From positions 154,655-218,654 of the forward strand of contig DIWZ01000032.1 of NCBI GenBank assembly GCA_002435955.1: a stretch of 64,000 bases of DNA. Reading direction: 5' to 3'. Below, piece by piece: positions 12,474 to 23,394 of this stretch (within the stretch, counting starts at the first letter, position 1; each line of letters opens with the position of its first letter). Made by a program: the position numbers and the translations under genes. Under the pieces are notes generated by a model. The model had not been told where the DNA came from. It did not search any database and was given only the letters and a program-made list of their open reading frames with translations. This DNA is from Pelobacter sp. UBA6093. Its GTDB lineage: Bacteria; Desulfobacterota; Desulfuromonadia; Desulfuromonadales; Syntrophotaleaceae.

Positions 12474-13331
12474 TCAGATGTTATCCTCATCGCGCATTTT
12501 CAGACTTTCTTTATATACCTCACTGCCTGACAGGCCAAACTGCCGGGCCACCTCCTTGACGATGTCCCGCGTGGGCAGATCCGTTTCCCTGTGCCAGCGT
12601 TGCAGGGCTTCACGCACCGTTTCCTGCTGCGGTTTCTCGGGGGACGGCCCCAACAGCAACACGATCTCGCCACGCACCCGATCCTGCTGAAAATGGGTAA
12701 GCGCCTGTTGGGCGGTACCGCGGAAAACCTCTTCATGCAACTTGGTCAATTCCCGCACCACCGCGACCTCGCGGTCGCCACCGAGTTCATCGACCAGATC
12801 TGCCAGACTGGCAACCAGCCGGTGGGGGGCTTCATAGAACACCAGGGTGCGTTTTTCCTCCCCTGAAGCCTTGAAAAGTTTCCGACGCGCAGCACTTTTG
12901 GGCGGTAAAAACCCTTCGAAAGCGAAACGCTCGGTGGGCAGGCCGGACACACTCAGACCTGCAATCACTGCCGAGGCTCCCGGCACCGCCGTAACCGGCA
13001 GATTCTGTTCGCGACACGCGCGCACCAGCAAGAAACCAGGATCGGAGATTGCGGGGGTGCCGGCATCGGTAATCAGCGCCACCGACTTGCCCTGACGCAT
13101 CAACTCGAGAATACGCTCCCCCTTGACACCCTCGTTATGAGCGAAATAGGAGGTCAGAGGTGTCGTAACGCCGTAATGGTTAAACAGTTTTCGGCTGTGG
13201 CGGGTATCCTCGGCGGCGACCAGATCGACTTCCTTGAGCACACGCAAGGCACGAAAAGTCATGTCCTCCAGATTACCGATGGGGGTTGCCACCAGGTAGA
13301 GAGTTCCGGGATTCACCGCTTCAGCCTTCAC
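12474..13331 (-). CDS. rsmI: 16S rRNA (cytidine1402-2'-O)-methyltransferase RsmI
   Basis: 285 aa with the tetrapyrrole-methylase-fold signature [18 protein letters not shown]...AEDTR. Confidence 0.93.
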   Translation of the reverse strand: MKAEAVNPGTLYLVATPIGNLEDMTFRALRVLKEVDLVAAEDTRHSRKLFNHYGVTTPLTSYFAHNEGVKGERILELMRQGKSVALITDAGTPAISDPGFLLVRACREQNLPVTAVPGASAVIAGLSVSGLPTERFAFEGFLPPKSAARRKLFKASGEEKRTLVFYEAPHRLVASLADLVDELGGDREVAVVRELTKLHEEVFRGTAQQALTHFQQDRVRGEIVLLLGPSPEKPQQETVREALQRWHRETDLPTRDIVKEVARQFGLSGSEVYKESLKMRDEDNI

Positions 13332-15279
13332 CCACGACTCCTTCGAGCTGCTTCAGGTCTTCCAGCCACAAGGCTGCGCTGGCGTCGCTGGGCATGCGCC
13401 AGTCGCCACGCGGCGAAAGCACCACGCTGCCGACCTTGGGCCCGTCGGGCAGGCAGGAGCGCTTGAACTGCTGGGAAAAGAACCGTCGGTAAAAGGTTTC
13501 CAGGCTGCGCAACAGCTGCTGGTCGCTGAACTCCTCGCCGAATGCCTGCCGGGCCAGAAAAAAAATCTTGGACGGGCGATACTGCAATCGCACAACGTTG
13601 TAGAGATAGAAATCGTGCAACAGATAGGGGCCGATCTTATCTTCGGTGCGCTGCTTGATTTCGCCGTTTTCATGGGGTGGCAGCAACTCGGGTGACACGG
13701 GCGTATCACACACGTCCTGCAAAATGGCGGAAATGTCGCCCGAAAATTCCGCATCGGCACACCAGGCCACCAGGTAGCGCACCAGCGTCTTGGGCACTCC
13801 GGTATTCACCGCATACATGGACATGTGGTCGCCGTTGTAGGTACACCATCCCAGCGCCAGTTCCGACAAATCCCCGGTGCCGATAAGCAACCCGCCGACC
13901 TGATTGGCGACATTCATCAGGATCTGGGTCCGCTCGCGGGCCTGGGAGTTTTCATAGGTGATATCATGCACCGATTCGTCGTGTCCGATATCGGCAAAAT
14001 GCTGCCGCACCGCGGCATCGATGGAGATGACCCGCAGCCGGGTACCAAGCAGTTCGGCCAACTGCTCGGCATTGCCCCGCGTGCGTTGCGTGGTGCCGAA
14101 TCCGGGCATGGTGATGGTTTCGATCCCTGCGCGATCGTACCCCAGCTTGTCGAAGGCCTTGACCGCCACCAGCAATGCCAGGGTCGAATCGAGTCCGCCG
14201 GAGACTCCGATTACCGCCCGTTTGACGCCGGTATGCAGCAGACGCTTGGCCAGACCGGTAGTCTGAATCTCGAATATTTCATGGCAGCGGTGGGCCCGTT
14301 CGTCTTCGGCCGACGGCACAAACGGTGTGCCCGTAACCGTGCGCAGCACCCGCTCGGTGGTCACATCGGTCAGCGGGAAATCGATGATCCGAAAAAGGGC
14401 CTCCTGCCGGGAGAAGCCGTAACTGTTGTTTTTGAAACGTTCATTGACCAATCGCTCGATGTCGATATCCGCCACGGCCAGTTGGCTGTCAAATCGGAAA
14501 CGCTTGGTTTCGGCCAGGATGCCCCCGTTCTCCGCAATCAGGGAATGGCCGGAGAAAACCAGGTCGGTGCTCGACTCGCCCGGTCCGGAAGAAGCAAACA
14601 GGTAAGCAGCGAGACAGCGGGCCGACTGGGCCTGCACCAGGGCGCGACGGTACTCCATCTTGCCGAGCAATTCGGGACTCGCCGAAAGATTCAGCAACAC
14701 CGTGGCCCCGGCAACCGCCAGTTGGCCGCTGGGAGGATTGGCCGTCCAGGCATCCTCGCAGATTTCGATCCCGATCAGACAGTCAGGAAAGATTTCGGCT
14801 CGAAACAGAAGATCTGTGCCGAAGGGGATACGCTTTTCATCCCACAGCAGTTCCGAATCATTCAGATCCGCCGCCGAGGAAAACCAGCGTTCTTCGTAAA
14901 ACTCTTGGGTATTGGGCAGAAAACGTTTGGGCACCACACCGAGGATGTGCCCACCGGAGAGGAAGGCCGCACAGTTGAACAGACGACCACGATGCGCGAC
15001 CGGCGTGCCGACCACCATTGTTACGCGGTGCTCCGCAGTAAACTCGGCCAATTCCACAAGGGCCTTGCGCGCCTGTTCGACAAGCAGCGGCTGGAAAAAC
15101 AGGTCCCCGCAGGTATAAGCGGTGAGACACAGCTCGGGGAACAGGAAAAACCGGCAATCCGGTGACTCTACAACTACCTTGCGGATCTGATCACAATTGT
15201 AGACAACATCCGCCACCCTGGTAGCCGGGGTGCATACGCCGAACCTTACAAACCCCTGTGATGCCATGCGAATTTCCAT
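13321..15279 (-). CDS. nadE: glutamine-dependent NAD+ synthetase (CN-hydrolase plus NAD synthase domains)
   Basis: The N-terminal nitrilase-like domain contains the ICED catalytic Cys context. The C-terminal domain has the PP-loop VSGGLDST. I prefer the ATG at 15279 (MEIRMASQG..., AAAGGA upstream); the ORF-track extension to 15393 lacks similarity. Confidence 0.92.
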   Translation of the reverse strand: MEIRMASQGFVRFGVCTPATRVADVVYNCDQIRKVVVESPDCRFFLFPELCLTAYTCGDLFFQPLLVEQARKALVELAEFTAEHRVTMVVGTPVAHRGRLFNCAAFLSGGHILGVVPKRFLPNTQEFYEERWFSSAADLNDSELLWDEKRIPFGTDLLFRAEIFPDCLIGIEICEDAWTANPPSGQLAVAGATVLLNLSASPELLGKMEYRRALVQAQSARCLAAYLFASSGPGESSTDLVFSGHSLIAENGGILAETKRFRFDSQLAVADIDIERLVNERFKNNSYGFSRQEALFRIIDFPLTDVTTERVLRTVTGTPFVPSAEDERAHRCHEIFEIQTTGLAKRLLHTGVKRAVIGVSGGLDSTLALLVAVKAFDKLGYDRAGIETITMPGFGTTQRTRGNAEQLAELLGTRLRVISIDAAVRQHFADIGHDESVHDITYENSQARERTQILMNVANQVGGLLIGTGDLSELALGWCTYNGDHMSMYAVNTGVPKTLVRYLVAWCADAEFSGDISAILQDVCDTPVSPELLPPHENGEIKQRTEDKIGPYLLHDFYLYNVVRLQYRPSKIFFLARQAFGEEFSDQQLLRSLETFYRRFFSQQFKRSCLPDGPKVGSVVLSPRGDWRMPSDASAALWLEDLKQLEGVVGEG

Positions 15280-15446
15280 AACATTCAATCCTTTTCTACG
15301 CTCTGTGATATCTTCATCGCCCACTTCTGCCCGTGCGGCCCAAGCATACCCGCGCATTTTAGCCACGGTGAAAGCAAAATGCAAACAAACCAACCAGACA
15401 TTCGAGAAGCAGCCTCAGTAGATTCATTCCTGTGTTCGGGACTCTG

Positions 15447-15818
15447 CTACCAGCCGTCCATATCGAAGGCACCGGGAAAATGCTGAATATCGGCCACTTC
15501 CCCATCGCCACGTACCGCAATGACATCAAACCGAGGCTGCAGGCGATCGAGTTTTCGCTCGGCCAGATACCACTGTGCGGCCCGCAGAATCTGGCGTTGT
15601 TTGGTGGCACCAACGGCTTCTTGCGGATAGCCATGCGAAACCCCTCTGCGGGTCTTCACCTCGACAAACACAAGGATTCGCCCGTGCTGTGCCACGATAT
15701 CAAGCTCCCCTACAGGTAAACGTACGTTGCGGGCAAGGATTTTCATACCCTTTTTGCGCAGATAAGCAGCGGCAACCTCTTCGCCCCAACTGCCAAGTTT
15801 CAATCGTTCGTGTGTCAC
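15447..15818 (-). CDS. yraN: YraN family endonuclease-like protein (UPF0102)
   Basis: Core sequence GEEVAAAYLRKKGMKILARNVRLPVGELDIVA...VFVEVKTRR is typical of YraN. GTG start at 15818 forms a GTGA overlap with the rnhB stop. Confidence 0.85.
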   Translation of the reverse strand: MTHERLKLGSWGEEVAAAYLRKKGMKILARNVRLPVGELDIVAQHGRILVFVEVKTRRGVSHGYPQEAVGATKQRQILRAAQWYLAERKLDRLQPRFDVIAVRGDGEVADIQHFPGAFDMDGW

Positions 15819-16444
15819 AGGTATTCTCGCACACCACGAAAGGAACCCCGGTGCAGCGCACAGGGCCCAAGCCGCGCGATTGCCTCGCAATGCGCGGCGC
15901 TGCCGTAACCTTTATGGCCGGCGAAGCCATATCCTGGAAACCGCGCATCGTAAGTGACCATCAAGCGATCCCGTACCACCTTGGCCAATACCGAGGCAGC
16001 CGCTATCGACAGAGATCGGCTGTCCCCTTGTTTGAGGGTTTTTTGCGCCAGGGGCAGCGGCACCGGCGTGATGCCGTCGACCAGCAGATAGTCGGCGGGG
16101 CTTTTCAGCCGCGCTATAGCACGTTGCATCGCCAGCAGGGTAGCCTGCAGTACATTGAGTTGATCAACTTCCTGCGCATGGGCAAGGCCGATGCCAAAAT
16201 CAATGGCCTGTTGGCGAATCAACGGAAACAGCTTCTCGCGAAGTTTGGGGGAAATTTTTTTGGAATCGTTCAGACCGGGCAGGTCAAAAACCTTCGGCAG
16301 GATGACAGCCGCTGCAACCACCGGACCGGCCAATGGGCCGCGGCCGGCTTCATCAATTCCGGCAATGCGGACATAACCCTGCCGGTGCAGCTGCTGCTCA
16401 AAAAATAGCGGAGATAATTTTTCGGAAGGAAAGAGTTCCAGCAT
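15815..16444 (-). CDS. rnhB: ribonuclease HII
   Basis: Motifs IAGIDEAGRGPLAGPVV and DSKK are present. ATG at 16444 gives 209 aa. The ORF-track 291-aa form is an upstream read-through. Confidence 0.93.
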   Translation of the reverse strand: MLELFPSEKLSPLFFEQQLHRQGYVRIAGIDEAGRGPLAGPVVAAAVILPKVFDLPGLNDSKKISPKLREKLFPLIRQQAIDFGIGLAHAQEVDQLNVLQATLLAMQRAIARLKSPADYLLVDGITPVPLPLAQKTLKQGDSRSLSIAAASVLAKVVRDRLMVTYDARFPGYGFAGHKGYGSAAHCEAIARLGPCALHRGSFRGVREYL

Positions 16445-16558
16445 GACGGTCCCATATTTTTCAGAAGACAGGGCCGAGCTACGGCTTGCAATCGTCAGGG
16501 CGCACTTTTCAAGGGGAGCATCACAGTACAACGCCGCATGACAGACTCCTTGGCCGTT

Positions 16559-16594
16559 TAAAAACGAAAGCCCCGGCATGAGGGCCGGGGCTTT
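16559..16594 (-). terminator. intrinsic terminator after rplS
   Basis: The minus strand reads AAAGCCCCGGCcctcatGCCGGGGCTTTcgTTTTT, 17 nt after the rplS stop. Confidence 0.8.
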
Positions 16595-16610
16595 GTCGGT
16601 ATGGCGTAGA

Positions 16611-16964
16611 TCAGATACGGCGTTTTTCGCGGATGCGAGCAGCCTTGCCCTGCAGATTGCGCAGATAGTAAAGCTTGGCGCGACGAACACGACCGACCAT
16701 CAGGACTTCGATAGTGTCGATGTTGGGCGAATGCAGCGGGAAGATACGTTCCACGCCCATGCCATTGGAAATCTTGCGCACGGTAAAGGTCGAGCCCAGG
16801 CCGTTATTGTGGCGCTTGATACATACCCCCTGAAAAACCTGGATACGTTGTTTATCACCTTCCACGATCTTCACGTGAACCTTGAGCGTATCACCGGCTT
16901 TGAAGACAGGGATATTTTTTTTAATCTGTTCCATTTCCAAACGATCGATAATATTCATTCTCAT
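16611..16964 (-). CDS. rplS: 50S ribosomal protein L19
   Basis: 117 aa containing [16 protein letters not shown]...[10 protein letters not shown]...RRAKLYYLR. Confidence 0.97.
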   Translation of the reverse strand: MRMNIIDRLEMEQIKKNIPVFKAGDTLKVHVKIVEGDKQRIQVFQGVCIKRHNNGLGSTFTVRKISNGMGVERIFPLHSPNIDTIEVLMVGRVRRAKLYYLRNLQGKAARIREKRRI

Positions 16965-16993
16965 CCTCCTCTAGAGCGAGTCATTTGATTCAG

Positions 16994-17566
16994 TTATGTT
17001 GGATTTGAGGCCGATGTGTCGAGCAACCGATCGAGAATGATGGCTGCGGCTGCACGCACCGGCAGATGGTTATAGACACCTCGTCCCCGGATCGGTTCCA
17101 GCACCGTCCAGCCACGATCGAAAACTTCGGGGGCCAACCCCCAGCCGGTGCCGAACACCAGCAACAACGGCACCTGCTCGAGCAAAAGGCGACATTCTCC
17201 CATACTCAGGCCATCGGTGCGCGATGCGCCGGTAAGCACCGGCATGGCGGACGCTCCGGCAAAACTGCGCCAATCGGCGATAGCTTCGTCCAGCGAGGCC
17301 ACAATCCGGATCAGAGACAGGGCATCTCCCCGATGGGGATTATAGGTCGCCCCATGACCATCGAGCCAGTGACCCAGAATGCGCTGCACCAAAACCTGCT
17401 GCTCAACCACCGGAGTAACGACATAGAAGCGGTCAACCTCGTATGTACGGGCGGTTCGAGCGATATCGTGCAGATCGAGGTTGGTGACTGCAGTATTTAC
17501 CACATCACCCCGGCGATCAACAATGGGATAGTGCACCAAGGCAACGGCTATCGGTGATTTCATCAA
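16994..17566 (-). CDS. putative SAM-dependent RNA methyltransferase (SPOUT-like, Methyltrn_RNA_4-type) conserved next to trmD
   Basis: 190 aa. The family assignment comes from memory of the conserved trmD-X-rplS arrangement and a C-terminal [16 protein letters not shown] motif. It has not been verified by search. Confidence 0.6.
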   Translation of the reverse strand: MMKSPIAVALVHYPIVDRRGDVVNTAVTNLDLHDIARTARTYEVDRFYVVTPVVEQQVLVQRILGHWLDGHGATYNPHRGDALSLIRIVASLDEAIADWRSFAGASAMPVLTGASRTDGLSMGECRLLLEQVPLLLVFGTGWGLAPEVFDRGWTVLEPIRGRGVYNHLPVRAAAAIILDRLLDTSASNPT

Positions 17567-18309
17567 TGGTTACCGGCAGCCTGGTCTTGCAGCAGGTCGT
17601 CGAGAGTACGACGATCTTCCTCGCTGAGGCAAGCGTCCTCGAGAAGTTCGGGGCGCCTCAACAAGGTTCGCAACAACTGCTGCCGTCTGCGCCAACGGGC
17701 AATGGCGGCATGATTGCCGGACAATAGCACGTCAGGAACCTTCAGACCTTCAAATTCGGCAGGTCGCGTGTACTGAGGATACTCCAGCAAGCCGTCGCTA
17801 TAGGAATCGCTCAAAGCACTGTCGCGATTGCCAAGCACTCCAGGGACAAGTCTCGCCACGGCATCGATCATCGCCATGGAGGCCAACTCACCACCGGTCA
17901 GAACAAAATCCCCAAGAGAAAATTCACTGTCCACCATGGAGCGAATGCGCTCGTCGAACCCTTCATAGCGGCCACAGATAAAGATCAATCCCTCGTTGCA
18001 AGCAAGTTCTCGGGCATGTTGCTGACGAAACGGTTCCCCTTGCGGAGTCATCAGCAGTACCCGGGCCTTCGGACGCAGAGCCTTCAGATCCTTCAATGCC
18101 CTAGCCACAGGCTCAGGCTTGAGAACCATCCCATCGCCACCCCCGTAAGGCACATCGTCGGTAACTTTATGCTTCCCTTCCGCCCAATCGCGCAGATTAT
18201 GGGCAGTGATATTCACAAGCCCACGCTCAACGGCTTTACCAACAATGCTGTCGGCAAAAGGCGAGGCGAACATACCGGGAAAAAGCGTCAGAACATCAAA
18301 GAACATCAA
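17563..18309 (-). CDS. trmD: tRNA (guanine37-N1)-methyltransferase TrmD
   Basis: 248 aa starting [11 protein letters not shown], with [10 protein letters not shown] and LTGGE motifs. Confidence 0.97.
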   Translation of the reverse strand: MMFFDVLTLFPGMFASPFADSIVGKAVERGLVNITAHNLRDWAEGKHKVTDDVPYGGGDGMVLKPEPVARALKDLKALRPKARVLLMTPQGEPFRQQHARELACNEGLIFICGRYEGFDERIRSMVDSEFSLGDFVLTGGELASMAMIDAVARLVPGVLGNRDSALSDSYSDGLLEYPQYTRPAEFEGLKVPDVLLSGNHAAIARWRRRQQLLRTLLRRPELLEDACLSEEDRRTLDDLLQDQAAGNH

Positions 18310-18833
18310 TTTTCCTGGACCAGCCCTTCGGGCAGGTCGAACAACACACTGCGTTTTTCCAGGTCGACTTCAACAAGAAAGACGTCAACGGCAGGTACCA
18401 GCACTTCGCCATAGGAACCGACTATCACATAGATATCATGAGCCGCCGTGGTGAACATATCCTCGAGGTGACCGATGACACCCAGGCGGCGATCCACAGC
18501 CGTCAAACCCTTGAGCTGATGCCAGTAATATTCACCGTCGGGCAGGGCGGGCACATCCTCGCGACGAACCGCGACCTCGCATCCGATCAACGACTGAACG
18601 GAGTTGAAATCGTCGGAATCCGCAAGGCGCAAAACGATATTGCCCTTGTGCCAGTCGGCCTTGCCACGCGCACACACCCGCACCGTCTCGTCTCCCCTCA
18701 GAAAGACCAGTTGACGGATCTGGGACAGCAAAACAATATCCTTGTCACGTCCGCGGACCTTGAGATCACCTCGCAGCCCGTGGGTTCCAATGACAACCCC
18801 CAGGATCAGCAATTCGCTTTGTTGCAGAGTCAT
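18306..18833 (-). CDS. rimM: 16S rRNA processing protein RimM
   Basis: 175 aa with [11 protein letters not shown] and a PRC barrel. It lies between the KH protein gene and trmD. Confidence 0.93.
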   Translation of the reverse strand: MTLQQSELLILGVVIGTHGLRGDLKVRGRDKDIVLLSQIRQLVFLRGDETVRVCARGKADWHKGNIVLRLADSDDFNSVQSLIGCEVAVRREDVPALPDGEYYWHQLKGLTAVDRRLGVIGHLEDMFTTAAHDIYVIVGSYGEVLVPAVDVFLVEVDLEKRSVLFDLPEGLVQEN

Positions 18834-19072
18834 TACTCCATAATGTGCAGAGAAGCCCGCTTGGCCTCCCGGGTCGCTTTGGCATTGAGCAGGGTGCGCA
18901 TCGCCTTGGCGGTCCGTCCCTGCTTGCCGATAATACGCCCCATATCTTCAGGAGCCGCAGCAAGCTTCAGGAGGACGCTGCCGTCCTCCCCCACCTCTTC
19001 GGAAACGGAAACCGCATCAGGATTTTCTACCAGGGATCTGGCGATGAATTCGATCAACTCCTTCATAGTCAT
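18833..19072 (-). CDS. KH-domain RNA-binding protein (UPF0109/YlqC-like)
   Basis: 79 aa with the GRIIGKQGRTAKAMRTL KH motif. Conserved position between rpsP and rimM. Confidence 0.9.
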   Translation of the reverse strand: MTMKELIEFIARSLVENPDAVSVSEEVGEDGSVLLKLAAAPEDMGRIIGKQGRTAKAMRTLLNAKATREAKRASLHIME

Positions 19073-19126
19073 TGGTCCTTTGGAGAAAAGCGGCCCGCCT
19101 CGGTCACCTGTTCGGGATCAGACTCG

Positions 19127-19387
19127 TCAGGCTTGTTTGAACTTGGCCCAAACGCCTTGGCTACGGAGCAAACGACGAACCGTATCGGTAGGTTGGGCGC
19201 CTTTGTTCAGCCATTCGAGGGTTTTATCTTCCTGCAAAGTGACCATCGACGGATTTTGCCGGGGATCATACTGTCCAAGTTTCTCAATGAAACGACCGTC
19301 GCGCGGAAAGCGTTCGTCTGCTACCACTACCTGGTAGAAAGGTTTTTTCTTGGCACCGCCGCGAGCCAGTCTGATTTTTACCGCCAT
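19127..19387 (-). CDS. rpsP: 30S ribosomal protein S16
   Basis: 86 aa starting [24 protein letters not shown]. Confidence 0.97.
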   Translation of the reverse strand: MAVKIRLARGGAKKKPFYQVVVADERFPRDGRFIEKLGQYDPRQNPSMVTLQEDKTLEWLNKGAQPTDTVRRLLRSQGVWAKFKQA

Positions 19388-19479
19388 GTGTTATTCCTCC
19401 TGGGTGTTTCCAAAACGTTTGTTCGATGGTGTTTAGGATATTTTAGGCATATTAGGTTCTTTGCTTATTTATTGCCACT

Positions 19480-19504
19480 AAAAAGCGGGCCATTTGCGGC
19501 CCGC
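19480..19504 (-). terminator. intrinsic terminator between ffh and rpsP
   Basis: The minus strand reads GCGGGCCgcaaatGGCCCGCTTTTT. Confidence 0.75.
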
Positions 19505-19568
19505 GCGATGCCGCCAAAACGACTCGCTTAAAGACAAAAACCGGTAGAACCAACCGGTTGAAAATGAT

Positions 19569-20918
19569 TTACATGGGCATTCCACCCCGCCCCATCAGGC
19601 TTTTCATCCCTTTGGGTCCGAGCTTTTGGATTTTCTTCATCATCTTTTGCGCCTCGGTAAAGCGCTTGATCAACTGATTGACATCCTGCACAGTGGTGCC
19701 GCTTCCCTTGGCTATGCGCATGCGCCGCGAGCCATTGAGAACCTTCTGATCACGACGTTCAGCAGGAGTCATGGAATTGATGATGGCTTCGATCTTTTTG
19801 AACTCTTTATCAGGCAGCTGCATATCGCCAGCCTGTTTCATGGCTTTGCCGGCTCCGGGAATCAACTTGAGCAGCGACTCCATGGATCCCATCTTTTTGA
19901 GAGTCTTGAGCTGATCGCGAAAGGTTTCAAGAGTAAACCCTTCTTTGCGCAGCTTTTGTTCCATAGCCTGCGCTTCATCCTTATCGACGGCAGCTTGCGC
20001 CTTTTCGATAAGGGTCAGCACATCTCCCATGCCGAGGATCCGCTGGGCCATGCGATCGCCGTGAAAGACTTCCAACGCATCGAGTTTTTCGCCCAGGCCA
20101 ACCAGTTTAATCGGCTTGCCGGTCACCGCCCGAATGGACAGGGCAGCACCCCCGCGGGCGTCACCATCCAACTTGGTCAGGATGACGCCGGTGATGTCAA
20201 GCTGCTGATTAAAGCTTTCGGCCACGTTAACAGCATCCTGGCCGGTCATGGCATCAGCCACAAACAAAATTTCACGCGGCTGCAGAGCTTGTTTGATGCG
20301 CTGCAGTTCAGCCATCAACGCCTCATCGATGTGCAACCGACCGGCAGTATCGAGAATCAGCGTGTCGTAACCGTTGAGCTCCGCATATTGTCTGGCATCC
20401 AAGCACAATTTTACGGGGTCGACATCCGGACTGGAGTCAAACACCGGTATATCCAGCTGCTTGCCAAGAGTCTTAAGCTGCTCAATGGCCGCAGGGCGAT
20501 AGATATCGGCCGGCACCAGCAGAGGGTTGCGCTTTTCCCGACGCAGCATCAAGGCCAGTTTTGCGCAGGACGTGGTTTTACCCGCACCCTGCAAACCACA
20601 CAATAACACTGGCACCGGTGGGCGGGCAGCCAGGTTGAGACCATTATCCTCGCCCTCACCCATGAGACGCCCTAACTCATCGCGCACAACCTTGATGACC
20701 TGTTGGGCGGGATTCAGGCTTTTAAGCACTTCCTGCCCGACAGCGCGCTCGCGCACGCTGGCCACGAAATCCTTGACCACGCGAAAATTAACGTCGGCTT
20801 CGAGCAGCACCAGACGGACTTCCCGCAGGCTTTGCTTGATATTATCTTCCGTCAACCGCCCTTGGCCGCGCAGTTTCTTGAAGACCGAGTCGAGTTTTTC
20901 CGTCAAATTGTCAAACAT
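19569..20918 (-). CDS. ffh: signal recognition particle protein Ffh
   Basis: N-terminus MFDNLTEKL, GTPase motifs GLQGAGKTT, DTAGR and TKLDGD, and a Met-rich C-terminal M domain. ATG at 20918 is preferred over 20948. Confidence 0.96.
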   Translation of the reverse strand: MFDNLTEKLDSVFKKLRGQGRLTEDNIKQSLREVRLVLLEADVNFRVVKDFVASVRERAVGQEVLKSLNPAQQVIKVVRDELGRLMGEGEDNGLNLAARPPVPVLLCGLQGAGKTTSCAKLALMLRREKRNPLLVPADIYRPAAIEQLKTLGKQLDIPVFDSSPDVDPVKLCLDARQYAELNGYDTLILDTAGRLHIDEALMAELQRIKQALQPREILFVADAMTGQDAVNVAESFNQQLDITGVILTKLDGDARGGAALSIRAVTGKPIKLVGLGEKLDALEVFHGDRMAQRILGMGDVLTLIEKAQAAVDKDEAQAMEQKLRKEGFTLETFRDQLKTLKKMGSMESLLKLIPGAGKAMKQAGDMQLPDKEFKKIEAIINSMTPAERRDQKVLNGSRRMRIAKGSGTTVQDVNQLIKRFTEAQKMMKKIQKLGPKGMKSLMGRGGMPM

Positions 20919-20951
20919 GATCGTTGGCCTGTCCGTACGTATAATCAAGGT

Positions 20952-20976
20952 TAGGAGGCTGTCGACACGCTCCTAG
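20952..20976. repeat. minimal arm-to-arm palindrome related to the family termini
   Basis: TAGGAGGCTGTCGACACGCTCCTAG lies in the ffh 5' leader. Confidence 0.5.
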
Positions 20977-20987
20977 CGTAAAAGCGA

Positions 20988-21016
20988 ACTATAGGAGACA
21001 CCCCCACCTTTGTCAA
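20988..21016 (-). promoter_or_regulatory. candidate ffh promoter (TTGACA-17-TATAGT)
   Basis: The minus strand reads TTGACAaaggtgggggtgtctccTATAGT, about 70 nt upstream of the ffh ATG. Confidence 0.55.
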
Positions 21017-21217
21017 GGGAAAACACCTGCTTCCCTCTACGGTGAGGACGGTTATCCGAATCGGGTTTCTTCCGGCACGGCCGGGGTTGCCTGAACCGAT
21101 TCAGTGCATGCCCGAACATCTAGCAATGTCCTTCCATATTGACACGACTTCCAGGGGAGTGCAACAAACCGGCAAAATATTCCGAGTTTCAGAATTTGCT
21201 GCTGCGCTGCAGCGACA

Positions 21218-21247
21218 TTGACACTCACCCCCGGGGAGAGCTAGACT
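21218..21247 (+). promoter_or_regulatory. candidate promoter for the DUF721 gene (TTGACA-18-TAGACT)
   Basis: Hexamer match about 45 nt upstream of the ATG at 21293. Confidence 0.4.
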
Positions 21248-21292
21248 GCTTTCACCAAAACCTGGCAACCATTCAATCGAGAGCAGCATCCC

Positions 21293-21796
21293 ATGAGTTC
21301 TTCCAGATCCCGCATCGACGGCGTACAGCGCATATTGCAGCAGTGGCTGTCATCCCGCGGCATGGATACCAAATTCAGCCGTTACCGCGTCTGGCAATTC
21401 TGGGAAGCGGCCGTCGGTGCCCAAATCGCCGCTCGCGCCAAACCGGTGCGCCTGCGCGGCTCAGTCCTGGAGATCCGCGTCGACCATCCGGTCTGGATGC
21501 AACAGTTGCAACTTCTCAAACCGCGCATCCTGTCAAAGCTCAACGAGTTGCTGGGCGAGCAACTGATCGACGACCTGTTTTTGCGTCATGGACGCAACGA
21601 TACCCGGACCGACGCCGAGCCGGATACCTTGCCGAGTCGTTGGCAAAGCGAACCGCTGAGCGAAGAAGAACGGCAGCATATCGAAGAAACGGTGGCCGGC
21701 CTGCCCGACAGCGAACTGCGTCATCACCTTCGCCATCTGATGGAAATGCAACTGCGTCTGGACAAGGCCCGTCAATCCAAACCTGGCAGCAAATAA
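21293..21796 (+). CDS. DUF721 (DciA-like) domain protein
   Basis: 167 aa. The N-terminal ~100 aa (W..AVG..IA....P..L..G.L...V....W..EL) fit the DUF721 pattern. The C-terminal ~60 aa are acidic and low complexity. Confidence 0.65.
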   Translation: MSSSRSRIDGVQRILQQWLSSRGMDTKFSRYRVWQFWEAAVGAQIAARAKPVRLRGSVLEIRVDHPVWMQQLQLLKPRILSKLNELLGEQLIDDLFLRHGRNDTRTDAEPDTLPSRWQSEPLSEEERQHIEETVAGLPDSELRHHLRHLMEMQLRLDKARQSKPGSK

Positions 21797-21803
21797 AAAA
21801 CTT

Positions 21804-22547
21804 TCAGCCTTCCCCGTACATGTCCAGGACTTCCGCGGAATACCCGTCCTCCCCATGGATGAACAGAGGAGCTTCCACCGCCATCCCCGCTGCTGCGCCA
21901 CGTCGTCCTTCGGCAAGCACCAGACATGCCGGTTCGCCAGGACGCGAATGGACACAGCGCAGGCGCTTCGGCTCCAGGCCGACTTGACGCATGCCGGCCA
22001 GCAGCTCCGCCAATCGTTCGGCCAGATGAACCATAAAAAAACGCCCTCCAGTGCCAAGCAGATAAGCCGAACAGGACAGGAAATCATCCAGCCCTCCATG
22101 CAGTTCGTGGCGCGCCCGCGCCCGTTCCTCCCCCGGCGCAAGTCGCCCGCTGTGCGGACGCCGGTAAGGCGGATTTGCCAGCACCACCTGGCACGATTCG
22201 GGGGCCAGCACCTCACGCGCACTGCGCAGGTCCTGATGTAATACTTCAACACGGTCCTGCAGGTCGTTAAGCAACACACTACGCCTTGCACGATCGGCCA
22301 ACTCTGGCTGGATTTCGATACCGACAATACGTCTGGCCCCGGTTGTACGCGCCAGCATCAGGGGGATGACGCCGCTGCCGCAACCGAGATCGCACACCGT
22401 TTCATCCGGCTGGATCCGCGCAAAAGCACAAAGCAGCAACGGATCGAGGGAGAAGCGATAGCCATCCTTTTTCTGGATGACACGCAACCCGCCAAGGCGC
22501 AGGTCATCGAGGGTTTCGTCACTGTGCAGCGATACCTCAGCTACCAT
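21804..22547 (-). CDS. class I SAM-dependent methyltransferase, TrmN6/YfiC-like (N6-adenine type NPPY motif)
   Basis: SAM motif DLGCGSGVI and catalytic motif LANPPY. ATG at 22547 lies just downstream of the ccsA stop; the ORF-track start at 22652 would overlap ccsA. Confidence 0.8.
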   Translation of the reverse strand: MVAEVSLHSDETLDDLRLGGLRVIQKKDGYRFSLDPLLLCAFARIQPDETVCDLGCGSGVIPLMLARTTGARRIVGIEIQPELADRARRSVLLNDLQDRVEVLHQDLRSAREVLAPESCQVVLANPPYRRPHSGRLAPGEERARARHELHGGLDDFLSCSAYLLGTGGRFFMVHLAERLAELLAGMRQVGLEPKRLRCVHSRPGEPACLVLAEGRRGAAAGMAVEAPLFIHGEDGYSAEVLDMYGEG

Positions 22548-23394
22548 AGGAATGCAAACCTGGCAACAGCAGGTTAACGCCGAGATAACAGAACAGGGTT
22601 GCGACAAATCCACCAATGGCCAGCCAGGCGGTGGCTCGGCCGCTCCAGCCACGGGTCAACCTGGCGTGCAAAAAAGCGGCATACACAAACCATACGATCA
22701 AGCTCCAGGTTTCCTTCGGGTCCCAACTCCAGTAGCGCCCCCAGGCATAATTGGCCCAGGCGGCTCCGGTAACGATGCCGACCGTCCAGATGGGAAACCC
22801 GATGGCGACCGCGCGGTAATTGATATTATCCAGCGTAGCGGGGGTAGGGAAAAGACCCAAAAAGCCTTGCCACCCTCCACCCGATCGGCCGTCGTCATGC
22901 GCGCGCTGCTTCAGCAGATACATCACCGACACACAAAAAGACATGGCGAAGGCACCATAAGCCAAAAAACAGCTGATCACATGGTAGGTCAGCCAACGGC
23001 TTCGCAGCGCCGGCATCAGGGGCTCGATGGCATCACGCCCTGCTAGTTGGGCCCAGCCCATGCAGATCAGAGCCAGCGGCAAAACAAACACGCCAAGCAC
23101 CCGCCGCCGCAGCCTGAGGTCGAGCAACAGAAAGGCGAGCACGATAGCCCAGCCAAAAAAGACCACGGACTCGTAGAAGTTGGCAAACGGCGCATGCCCC
23201 ACATCGCCCGGCAACTGGTAAGATTCGTACCAGCGCAGCCCGATACCGAGTCCGTGGCTGATAAAACCAAGCCAGGTGAAACCGATGCCGATACGCCCCA
23301 AAACTTCCCGGTGCAAAGCGGCATAACTTACCATCAACCAAAAGGCAATGAAATAGGCACTGGTGGCCCCGCTGAGGAAATTGAAGCTGGTCAT
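22537..23394 (-). CDS. ccsA: cytochrome c biogenesis protein CcsA/ResC (system II)
   Basis: 285-aa polytopic protein with a Trp-rich heme-handling motif WGRYWSWDPKETW. Confidence 0.93.
   Translation of the reverse strand: MTSFNFLSGATSAYFIAFWLMVSYAALHREVLGRIGIGFTWLGFISHGLGIGLRWYESYQLPGDVGHAPFANFYESVVFFGWAIVLAFLLLDLRLRRRVLGVFVLPLALICMGWAQLAGRDAIEPLMPALRSRWLTYHVISCFLAYGAFAMSFCVSVMYLLKQRAHDDGRSGGGWQGFLGLFPTPATLDNINYRAVAIGFPIWTVGIVTGAAWANYAWGRYWSWDPKETWSLIVWFVYAAFLHARLTRGWSGRATAWLAIGGFVATLFCYLGVNLLLPGLHSYGS

Noticed and set aside
15819-16690. N-terminal extensions in the ORF track for yraN (to 15890) and rnhB (to 16690). Similar extensions exist for nadE, purH, ffh, resB, trpB, trpA, gap and others.
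   Set aside because: The extensions lack homology-like sequence, often overlap the upstream gene, and internal starts have better SD and spacing. I used the shorter forms.
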